A stretch of DNA of 64,000 nt from Eledone cirrhosa (taxonomy: Eukaryota): positions 269,018,001 to 269,082,000 of the forward strand of contig OZ024742.1 of assembly GCA_964016885.1 (NCBI GenBank), read 5' to 3'. The translations under genes and the position numbers were made by a program. Below are positions 38,362-48,728 of this stretch, piece after piece. The stretch's first letter is position 1. Every line of letters starts with the position of its first letter. A model generated the notes under the pieces. It had not been told where the DNA came from. It saw nothing but the letters and a program-made list of their open reading frames with translations, and made no database searches.

Positions 38362-38612
38362 GTAATATTAATATTGTTAACTTGGTTTATTTGGTTTAGG
38401 TTTAAATTTAAGTTTCTATTATTAATTCTATTTATATGTTGTGCTATGTTCATAGTAGTAGAGTAAGATAGTTTTTTATTATGTCCGTTAACAATAGAAT
38501 GGTATCTATGGGATTTAGGAAATGCTTTAAAAAATAGTTTTGCTTCAGGTGCTCCAATCCCTAATGAGAATGGGGTAGAGTACAAAATAATATTTCTAGT
38601 TCTTGCATCCAT
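38362..38612 (-). pseudogene. PLE pre-endonuclease region starting at its own ATG
   Basis: MDARTRNIILYSTPFS...KLFFKAFPKSHRYHSIVNGHNKKLSYSTTMNIAQHINRINN. Homologous to the 53717-54040 region of the RT-bearing PLE (YHKIFNRKTIKLSYSTANNI). Confidence 0.8.
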
Positions 38613-38690
38613 TCACTATCCAAACGGAACCTGGACCGATAAGGTCTGGTTTCTAGGGTTTGTCACTATTTATAAAACAAAGTGTGTATG

Positions 38691-38744
38691 TTATCTAATG
38701 AGGGGGAACCAAAGTTTTAGGTACCCTTGAAATATATATAATAC
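38691..38744 (+). ncRNA. Hammerhead motif (one core mutation)
   Basis: TTAT-CTAATGA-GGGGGAACC-AAAGTTTTA-GGTACCCTT-GAAA-TATATA-TA-ATA. Palindromic helix III ATATATAT. Confidence 0.7.
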
Positions 38745-38884
38745 AATAAATATGGTTTTATAAATATAGTTTCCATTTATTAATATCATTGATATTATAC
38801 ACATTGTCAAGTGCGTCGAATCTGTTGTAAATAAATTAGTTGAATTACCAACAAATTAAATATCTCTTTGCTTATATATATACA

Positions 38885-38999
<115 letters not shown>

Positions 39000-39586
39000 A
39001 TGAGTTCAAATCTCCTATATTACAAATCTCCTATATTACACGGCTCAGAAATAATCTTCCTTCGAGCTATTTCATTGTAAATGATCGCCTGAGATTTGAA
39101 CTCATTATTATTGATTTTTCACTGCTCCTTCGTTGAGCTGATTTTAGCCCCATACAAACGGCTGTTATTTCTACCAGCACGTGTATGAGGCTAGCTAGAC
39201 ACTGGATAACCGCATGAGGTTACCTCGTGCGCTAAACAGTCTTCCTAAATATTTTGAAGTGGAACATACCAATTTTTATAGTGCTTGCTGAGGAGATCAA
39301 AATGTGGTATTTTCTTCCACTTTTTCATTATTCGAAACATATTTGGATTTTAAGGTTTAAACCTGTCTACGGAACAGGTTTGATTTTGAAATTTAAATTT
39401 GTCCAAGCACTATGGCCATTGTCAATACAATTTGTTTTTGTTGATTTATGATGTATTATCTTAAGTCATGATAGGCAAACTGTAATATTATTATTAGTAT
39501 ATTTCTATCTAGCTAACTTGGTCATTTACAATACAAACATAAATATGAGGATATTTGTGTTTATCAAATATATAGATTTGTGTTAA

Positions 39587-39657
<71 letters not shown>

Positions 39658-39893
39658 CTGTATATATATAAGTATACATGTATGTATACGTACATACATA
39701 TATGTATACAGACGTACAGTAGTATGTATATATATATACATGCACATATATATATATATATGCACGTATCGGTTTACCGAACATTTCTTATAATGCTCGG
39801 TTTGTTTGTTTGTAAACAAACAAACAGGCCGAATTACGCCGAACAGTGTTTAGGCAACCACGTCACCTTTTTATTCAACACTGACACAGCAAG

Positions 39894-39932
39894 CATGTAC
39901 TAGTTTCAAGCTTATTAGCTATCGTCAGCATC
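39894..39932 (-). ncRNA. Minimal type I hammerhead ribozyme
   Basis: GATG-CTGACGA-TAGCT-AATA-AGCTT-GAAA-CTAG-TA-CAT. Palindromic helix III ACTAGT and GUA cleavage triplet. Confidence 0.85.
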
Positions 39933-40161
39933 GTATACCTTCCTGCCAGATGGTTGAACGTCTGAAAGTTTATACTTTGCTTATGCATATTAACGGCTAA
40001 ACAGCCTAATTTACATATCGAGTGAGTTTAGTCGGCTGGGCGCACCGAAAACGATAAATGGAATAGAATGAAACGAAATTTCATTTCTCACTCTTAGTAC
40101 GGCAATTACTTAAATGTAAGTATGCATGTATGTATACGTACATACATATATGTATACAGAA

Positions 40162-40200
40162 GATGCTGACGATAGCTAATAAGCCTGAAACTAGTATATC
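40162..40200 (+). ncRNA. Minimal type I hammerhead ribozyme (same family)
   Basis: GATG-CTGACGA-TAGCT-AATA-AGCCT-GAAA-CTAG-TA-TATC. Confidence 0.82.
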
Positions 40201-40467
40201 GTTCCTGTGTTAGTGTTGAACAAAAGATGACGTGGTTGCCTAAACACTGTACGGCGTAATTTGGGCTGTTTGTTTGTTTACAAGTAAACAAACCGAGCAT
40301 TATAAGAAATGTTCGGTAAACCGATACGTGCATATATATATATATATATATATATATGTGCATGTATGTATATATATACATACTACTATACGTCTGTATA
40401 CATATATGTATGTACGTATACATACATGCATACTTGTATATATATATACAGATATGTGTATATATAT

Positions 40468-40782
40468 CCCCGTAAGGATGAAAGGCAAAGTTAACCTTGA
40501 CGGGATTTGAACTCAAACGGTAAAGGGACGTAACTATGCTAGAAAGCATGGCGTCCAACCCTCTGCTGATACTGTCAATTCACCTCCCTCAAGATCTGAC
40601 ATAATAATTGTTTCTACATTAGGCCAGCAAATTACCCAGTGCATTACTGGTACATTATTTTATCGACCCCGTAGGGATGAAAGGCAAAGTAAACCTCGGC
40701 GGGATTTGAACTCAGATCGTAAAGGGACGTAACTATGCTGGAAAGCATGGCGTCCGAACCTCTACCGATACTGCCAATCCAC
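40468..40782 (-). mobile_element. Two SINE copies (one partial)
   Basis: Matches to the SINE at ~40468-40590 and ~40602-40782. Confidence 0.85.
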
Positions 40783-41669
40783 TAATAAACTGCAGACACA
40801 CCAAGTTGAACCCCTTCTCTGCACAAGCATTCGGTCGAGGGCCAGCCATAAATCCTTACTCCACATAGTGATAACCACCTTTGCCTTACCACACCGTCCC
40901 TCATCTCAGTGCCTTTGTCTTCTCTAAAATGTAACAGATTGTAAGATCAGATCTTGTAAATATCATGTCGCCCCCATCACTCCCACCACCACCAAACACA
41001 TCGCCATATATCCACCATCTCTTATTTCAGTACCAGTGTTTTCTCTGTATTTTATCTGTCAGTTTTTAACTTGTAACCCATCGTAATATTCGATCCTGTA
41101 AATATCATTTCGCGCCTATCATAAAACACATCGCCATTCAACCATCAACATCAGCAACACATACCACACCTAACATCGCACCCTAAACACTGTATGTGTG
41201 TGTGCCTGTGTGTACGTATGTTTGTGCAATCGCCCTCCCCACAGGTTATATATATGTATGTATATGATGTGTTTGTCTCGCTGCTTTTACATACACCCAG
41301 AACATTATTTCCTTATAGCATGAGCCCCCTTAACAATCCACTACCACACATAACAACCCTCCCTAAACACGCTACATTTCATCCAGTAACATAAACCACA
41401 ACACCAACACTCCCACATCACACATAAAAATCAGCCACAGCTATATGACAAATTCTCTACCGACAACCAGCACCCCTTCACCACCACCCACTTCAACATA
41501 CGCCTGGCACCTCCAACTCATCACCAAACCCACCCCCTCATACATTGCAGGCAAATATATCCCTATAAATTAATCCACCAATCAAAACAAACTTCACTGA
41601 CCACCAAAGGAACATCAGCCTTTCTCACACGGCATGTATATTCATTTTTCCATTACTATTACAAGGGAT

Positions 41670-41748
41670 CTGACGAGCCACGGATTACAGAGTCGGGATA
41701 GATGGATACAGGTAGAACCTTGAGCTGATCAGTGGTGAAACGCGCGTC
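41670..41748 (+). ncRNA. Hammerhead ribozyme with ~50-nt loop-2 insertion
   Basis: CTGACGA-GCCAC...GTGGT-GAAA-CGCGCG-TC. Core intact, palindromic ACGCGCGT, GUC triplet, then AATAAA and (TA)n. Helix I is weak. Confidence 0.8.
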
Positions 41749-41800
41749 ACCAACCAATAAACGTAATGAAGGACTAACCAATCATCTTTGGTATTTTATT

Positions 41801-41849
<49 letters not shown>

Positions 41850-41914
41850 ATGTGTGAGTGTGTGTATGTGTGTGTGTATGTGTACGTATGCATGCATAAT
41901 TTATATATATATAA

Positions 41915-42760
41915 ATGAAAATAGACTGATAAAACAGGACTGTCCATTGTCAGTAGTCTGCTGATTATCATTGGTATTTCTTCGCATTAAAGACTAGATA
42001 CCTAAAATCATCGAAAAGGAAAAAGCAAACAAACAACATGGTAGTAATGCAACGTAAAGAGAGGAAAAGAGAGAAAGGTCAATGAATATTTTTGGCTTAA
42101 GTCCGAAAAAATCAAATGACAGGAAGAGGTAGACGCGTCCGAGCTATGCAAAAAGAGAGAGACAAAAGAATTTCACATGCGCAACAACGCAGCACGCCAT
42201 TTTTATTTCACATATATTATTTTCCCCTCGCTGTGGTTCGTATTTTTTCTGTCACCTTACTGCTATCCTCATTCTATCTCCCCCTTCTCTCCCCTTGTAC
42301 ATCTTGCTTTCATTTACCCCTCTGCTGGTCACACACTCTCTCGGCTGGCCTCTTCCTCACACTTTCACTCACTCTTGGCTATTCCCCCTCACTCACTCCC
42401 TTCCGTCTGACCTGTGTGAAATTATTTTCTCTCCCACTTTTCGCGTGGCTAGGACGTGTCTGCCTCTTCTCGTCATTTGATTTGTTCGCACTTAAGCCCA
42501 CAAGATTCATTGACTTGTCTCTCTTTTCCTCACTTTACCACTATGTTGTTTGTTTAATTTTTCCTTTTCACTCTGTTCCGATATCTTAATTTAGTTTTTG
42601 CTCGCACTGATTTTTTTTTGTTAGGTATCTAGTCTTTAATGCGAAGAAATAGCAATGATAAACAGCAGACTACTGATGATGGACAGTCCTGTTTCTCGGT
42701 CTATTTTCCGTCATATGTTCACATTCGCAACAACGAGTAGCACGCCATTTTTCGTTCATA
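41915..42760. mobile_element. Inverted pseudo-LTR-like element
   Basis: ~41917-42178 is inverted to ~42412-42708. A ~40-bp tail is duplicated at 42175-42217 and 42720-42760. Confidence 0.75.
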
Positions 42761-42854
42761 TATATATATATGTGTGTGTGTGTGTATGTATGTATGTGTG
42801 TGTGCGTGTGTGTGTGTACGTATGCATGCATACTTTATATATATATATATATAT

Positions 42855-43160
42855 GGAAAAATTGAAATTTCATTTTTTCCATTTATCGTTTTCGATACGC
42901 CCGGCCGACTAACTCACTATGTATGCAAATTAGGCTGCTTACCCGTAAATATGCATAAGGAAAGTGTATACTTTCAAACGTTAAATCAACTGCCAGGAAG
43001 GTGTACGGTGCTGATGAAAGCTAATAAGCTAGTAACTAGTTCATCGTCCCTTTGTCAGTATTGAACAAAATGGCAATGATGGTTGCCGAAATATAATAAT
43101 GAGATCTGTTTGTTTACAAACAAACCGAACATTATAATAAATGTTCGGTAAACCATACGT

Positions 43161-43195
<35 letters not shown>

Positions 43196-43680
43196 TGTAT
43201 GTATGTATATACATACTACTGTACGTCTGTATACATACTTATATTTAGGTATCAGCCGTACTAAGTGTGAACAATGAAATTTCATTTGTTTCCAATTTCG
43301 TCTTCGGTACGCCCGACCGACTAACTCACTCGATATGCAAATTAGGCTGCTCAGCCGTTCATATGCATAAGGAAAGTATATACTTTCAAACCTTCAATCT
43401 ACTGCCAGGAAGGTGTACAGTGTTGATGACAGCTAAGAAGCTAGAAACTAGTTCATCGTTCCTTTGTCAGTGTTGAACAAAATGGCAACGATGGTTTCCG
43501 AACACTCTACAGCAAATAATTCGGGCTGTTTGTTTACAAACAAACCGATCTTCTTAATAAATGTTCGGTAAACCCATACGTACATATATATATATATGTG
43601 TGCATTATGTATGTATATACATACTACTGTACGTCTGTATACATATATATATGTATGTCTACATACTTATATGAATATAT
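42855..43680 (+). repeat. Tandem dimer of a ~412-bp hammerhead-containing unit (retrozyme/pLTR-like)
   Basis: HHR motifs at 43008-43045 and 43420-43457, each with one core mutation. Same family as 39700-40460. Confidence 0.85.
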
Positions 43681-44416
43681 ATATAATAAGAGTAGAACTT
43701 AATGTTTCTGGATGCTTACCCTACCCAGAAACATTAGTGTCTGCATTTCTGTTTGCATGCCAATAGAAGAGCAAAAATGGGGGGCCCATCCTACTCTAAT
43801 GGCTTATAAAAGATGCTTTTTGCATAATTTCAAACGAATCGAATATTATTATTAGTGTTAGAAAATCTCAGATTATATTTATTGTATTCAGCCATGTAGA
43901 GCGATAACTAGTTATTAGTCATATATATTATATATGAAACTAACAATCAAAATAATAACAACAATGTCAAGTGTTTTTACATATTCATATCAAAGATTTA
44001 TGATCGTTTCGGAGGGTTGATCACATTGACATATGGAATAATCTCTAGCAGTTATATAACTGTATACTACCAGACTTCATATATAGGTTCGATCAGAACT
44101 TCTTCAGAAACCATGAAGTTAGAATATTTATTGATAGTATATAATCACGGTAGATACAAGAATAGACCTACCATATACATATATATTCCAGATTACCTCC
44201 TTAAATTGATACATATAGTGAGGGGAGAGGCAATATTTACAAATATCATTTGAGGGGTAAGTGGATAAAGAAGCAGAACAAAGAATAAGAATAAGGGGAA
44301 GGGGTTAAATGGGAGGGATAAAAGAAGAGTGGCTATATTAGGAGGGGTAGATGAAATAGGAGCATTGGAAAGGAGGATAGAGAGAGATGGAAGACGTGGT
44401 AAGAGGAGAAGTCGAA

Positions 44417-44417
<1 letters not shown>

Positions 44418-44447
<30 letters not shown>

Positions 44448-44512
44448 AAGAAGAAGAAGAAGAAGAAGAAGAAGAAGAAGAAGAAGAAGAAGAAGAAGAA
44501 GAAGAAGAAGAA
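44418..44512. repeat. (GAA)n microsatellite
   Basis: Pure AAG run of roughly 30 units. Confidence 0.97.
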
Positions 44513-44627
44513 AAACATAGAAGAGAAAAAGAGATAATCATCTTCATTGAGGTATGGATTTCACTGGATTGCTCACCATCAGATTACACTGTCTACAGTA
44601 CGGACCCTACCACGTAAGGTAGACCAC

Positions 44628-44703
<76 letters not shown>

Positions 44704-45084
44704 TATGTGTGTGTGTGTGTGTGTGTGTAATACAAATATACCTTCAACATAGCTGTATACATATATCTATGTGAATGTTTTATATCTAAATATATTCAGT
44801 ATGTTTAATAAATAAACATTTTCAAACCCCAGAAATGAATATTGAAAGGATGATGGCTAGCGCCGTCCAGTGTGCCCTAGAATATGCATGGAAGGACAGC
44901 TATCTACGGGTATATCGAGCTAATGGTTCACATCACAACAGTGTTGCTTTCTGCTGGAACTTGAAAACAGACGAGAATATATGCCATTTTTGCCTGTGTA
45001 GGTGAGCTGCTTTGCAAAATTAGAGACAGGATCACAAAGTATAGATGCAGAAAATAAAAATTGTCTGTAGTAAAATAACAAAAA

Positions 45085-45390
45085 TAATTGTTTCTATTTT
45101 TTGCACAAAGGCAGCAATTATCCCAATTATCCAATTACTAGTGCTTTATATTATCGACCCTGTAAGGATGAAAGGCAAAATTAACCTCTGCGGGATTTGA
45201 ACTCAGACCATAAAGGGCCGTAACTCTTTGCTGCTAAGCATGGCATCCTAACCTCTACCAATACTGCCAATCCACTTAAAAACATCGAAAATAATTGTTT
45301 CTACTTTTGGCACAAGGCCAGCAAATACCAGTGCATTACTGGTACTTGATTTTATCGACCCCGTAAGGATGAAAGGCAAAGTTAATCTCG
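45085..45390 (-). mobile_element. Two SINE copies (second truncated by a hairpin)
   Basis: SINE matches at ~45085-45275 and ~45290-45390. Confidence 0.85.
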
Positions 45391-45517
45391 AAACAGTTAG
45401 GTAGTCTCGGTAACTATTTTGGAAAGCAAAAGTGAAATACGTGTTAATACACATATTTCACTTTTGCTTTCCAAAATAGTTGCCGAGGCTACCTAATTGT
45501 TTCGAGATTAACTTTGC
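45376..45517. repeat. Inverted repeat, 69-bp arms, 4-nt loop
   Basis: 45376-45444 versus 45449-45517, with about 4 mismatches. Confidence 0.93.
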
Positions 45518-45939
45518 TATTGTTGTTATTATGTGTGCATGTATGTGTATGTTTAAACCTGTGAGTGTTCTCATAAGTGTATTATGTAAACAATCTGTGT
45601 TTGTGCTTTATGTTTATATCCGCGTTGTGCGTGTTTGTGGACTTTTATATGTGAGTGATTGAAGTTTGAAGATGTGTATTCTGTATGCCCGTTGAAGTAT
45701 ATTTTATTTGTGTGTATAGTATGTTTCAGTGTTTGCGCATGTCCGTGAGATTTGTGGATTTGTATGTGTGACTGTATGAATACATTTTAACGTGTGTATG
45801 TATTGTTAAAGCTTATATAGTGTAAATGTAAATTATCTAACTGTGATTTGTATATAAGTGTGTATCTATTAACGAGTATATGACAGGACAGAGGAAATAT
45901 GTTTAGTGTGTGTTAGATAGTATATGCCAGAGAAGATTA

Positions 45940-47345
45940 TAGGAAGATCGGTGGGGCATTATGGCTTGGAGAGGCCAGATGGAACGGCACAATGTGCGAG
46001 CTCGAAGACACTGTGGCGGCGTGCGTGGTGGCCTGCAGATTGAACACATCGGGAGATCGGAAACGGGTTGCCGACACGGATGTCCCGAAAGTTTTCAGTA
46101 TATCTGTCGGCCAGACAACGGTGAGTTTGACGAAGGTAGATGGCTCTGCACAGAGTACAAAGGCGTCTTTAGTCAATGCTGTTGGGGGTGCAGCTGAATG
46201 AGACCCTAACCCGGAAGAACTGGTCATTAGAACGGAAAAGGGTGGTGTGGTTGGAGATAGAGCCGCATTGTATGACAGTGGGTAGGGAACAGAGGTGGGA
46301 TCCAGATGAGTTGGAGGAATGAGAACACCGCAGACGAGGAGGTTCCGAATATTCTGAGCGCACTTGGAAGAAGGGAGGGTTAGGAATGGAAAAATGTTTG
46401 GGGTCGGGTGATTCGACTGTAGGTGCCGGAATAGATGGAGGATCGTCTTCTGGAGACGCCACAGGGAGTGTTAAGTTCGGCTTGGATCAAGGTAGAGGGT
46501 ATCCACGTCTACTGAAATGTCTGGCCAATTAATAAAACTGAATCTCCAAATCATGGGTTCGACTAAACAGGGGTAGAGACAGAAGTATTGGAAATAGAGT
46601 ATGGGGTGTTTGGTCTGGCTTGGATGTGTGGAGGAGAAAACAATGTATGCGTGGGCGTCCGAGGGATTTAAGAAGACGGAAGTTATTATGGAGCGATTGG
46701 AGGAGTCAATAGTTACAGAGATGACTAGGATGTTGACAGAACAAGTGGATACAGAGGGGTCAACTCAAAGGCGGAGTGGGAGGAGCACAGAAAATAAAAA
46801 AAGGAATCGATCTGGGCCCGGTTGAGAGACGTTGCGCCAAAACTGCCTTCAAGGTAACAACCGTACAGCTGGGAAGTTGGGCCAGAGTGTTGAGAAACGA
46901 TTCGTGCCTCAAGGAAGCCGACAAATAATTTGGCGTTGGTGGGGTCAATTCTTGTACCCATGGCAGCCTCCATCGTCTGTTGGTAAATCTCACCCGAGAT
47001 GGAGAAACAGATGCGGGAGAAGACCAACTTGGCCAAGCGAATAAGGGTGGAGATGGAAGTTTGAGGGGATTGGCGAATAAGGGTGGAGGTGGAAATTTGA
47101 GGGGAGGGGCGAAGGTTAAGGAAGCGTTGCAGAGCCTTCAGTATGGGGGGATGACATTGTATAGGAGTTGATGTCGAGGGTGAAGAGAAGGGTTAGGGTG
47201 CCATGTGAGAAGATGAATGTGTCGAAGAGGTGGAGTGCGTTGTTTGTGTCCGATATGTGAGAAGGTAAGGTGGCTATTAGCTATCAGTTGGGAGTATACG
47301 GAATCGAGAAAAGGTGGAACAATTTTAGTGCGACAATTACACGCT
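45940..47345 (-). mobile_element. Degraded PLE (Neptune-like RT and GIY-YIG remnants)
   Basis: AAMGTRIDPTNAKLFVGFLE...LYGCYLEGSFGA is colinear with 62527-62700. CTLCRAIYLRQTHRCLADRYTENFRDIR-like EN remnant near 46070-46165. Confidence 0.75.
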
Positions 47346-47544
47346 AAGACGATAGTTGACTGGGGCTGTCGGGCTTGTGTAATTTGAATTTGGGATGTGT
47401 ATATATATATATACACACATAGTATGATATGGTCTCGTAACACCTGATGGAGTCATACGGCGTTTCCTAGGACTTTCAGCCTGGTGGAGCCCATCCAAGC
47501 CTTAGTACAGCAGATTACTTACAGGCAGAGAAAGAATCGACCCC

Positions 47545-47745
47545 TGTATTAGTCTGGTACATTTTTTTATCGATCTCGTACGAATGAAAGGCAAACTTGA
47601 TCTCGGTGGGATTTGACTTCACAGAGGACAGAGCCGAAATTAATACCATAAACCATTCCAACGTTCTAACATATACCAATTAAAATAATTGTTTCTACTT
47701 TTGGCACAAGGCCAGCAATTATCCCAGTGTGTTACTGGTACTTTT
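47545..47745 (-). mobile_element. SINE fragments
   Basis: Core and tail matches at ~47545-47620 and ~47684-47745. Confidence 0.7.
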
Positions 47746-48115
47746 TTTTTATATCAATTAAAATAATATCATTTGGTTTGGATTGTATCATAAATTCTCA
47801 AAGAAAATTAGTCTGAAAAATATCATAATTCAATAATTGTATTTCAAATATATGAGCAGGCAGGAAAGTAAGCAAGACAGAAATTTTCACTTACATGACA
47901 ATTACATTCTTTCTCATAATACAGTTTCTTACTATCAGAAAAATTATACCAATTACCATAATTCAAATAAGGCTGATAATTAGCAAATATAAGCCAACGA
48001 TTTTCATCAGTATGCATGTCTTTTAGTGCTCCAAAATCAATACTATCCATTGAGGTTGTGAATTGAAAAATGAACCATATATACATATACATACACAGAG
48101 ACACACATACACGCA

Positions 48116-48155
<40 letters not shown>

Positions 48156-48156
48156 C

Positions 48157-48200
<44 letters not shown>

Positions 48201-48540
48201 CTGTGTGTTCTTGTGTGTTAACAAAGCAACTCTATATCATATGATACTACGCATACAATCACAAGGATACTCAACCGTTAACATAAATATTTTCAGGCCG
48301 CCAACAACGCAGAGGGCGGGTAACTCAGGATGAAACATTCCGTGATTCATATGTGCGAGCAATATACATCTTGAATCTCACTTAACGATTCCTCATATAG
48401 TAGACTGGCATATTTCTTTACAAATATAAAGCCTGAATATAGTTTTCTTCCGAGGAACATTGTAGCTCATGCAATTTTTAACATTATGCTATATGACGTT
48501 GTGTGTGTTTGTGTGTATGAGCCTTTCGTATTATTACTTA

Positions 48541-48728
48541 GGATTGGCAGTGTCGGTAGAGGGTCGGACGCCATGTTTTGCAGCATGAATGTATGCCCCT
48601 TTACAGTCTGAGCTCAAATCCCGTCAATGAAAACTTTCCCTTTCATCCTTACGAGGTCGATATATTAAAGCAACAGTAATGCACTGGGATAGTTGCTGGC
48701 CTTGTGCCAAAATTACAAACAATTATTA
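48541..48728 (+). mobile_element. tRNA-derived SINE
   Basis: GGATTGGCAGTGTCGG A box, GAGCTCAAATCC B box, core and ATT tail. Confidence 0.85.

Noticed and set aside
39240-39430. Possible minus-strand exon ending TG|GTATGT
   Set aside because: In-frame stop close upstream and no adequate acceptor.
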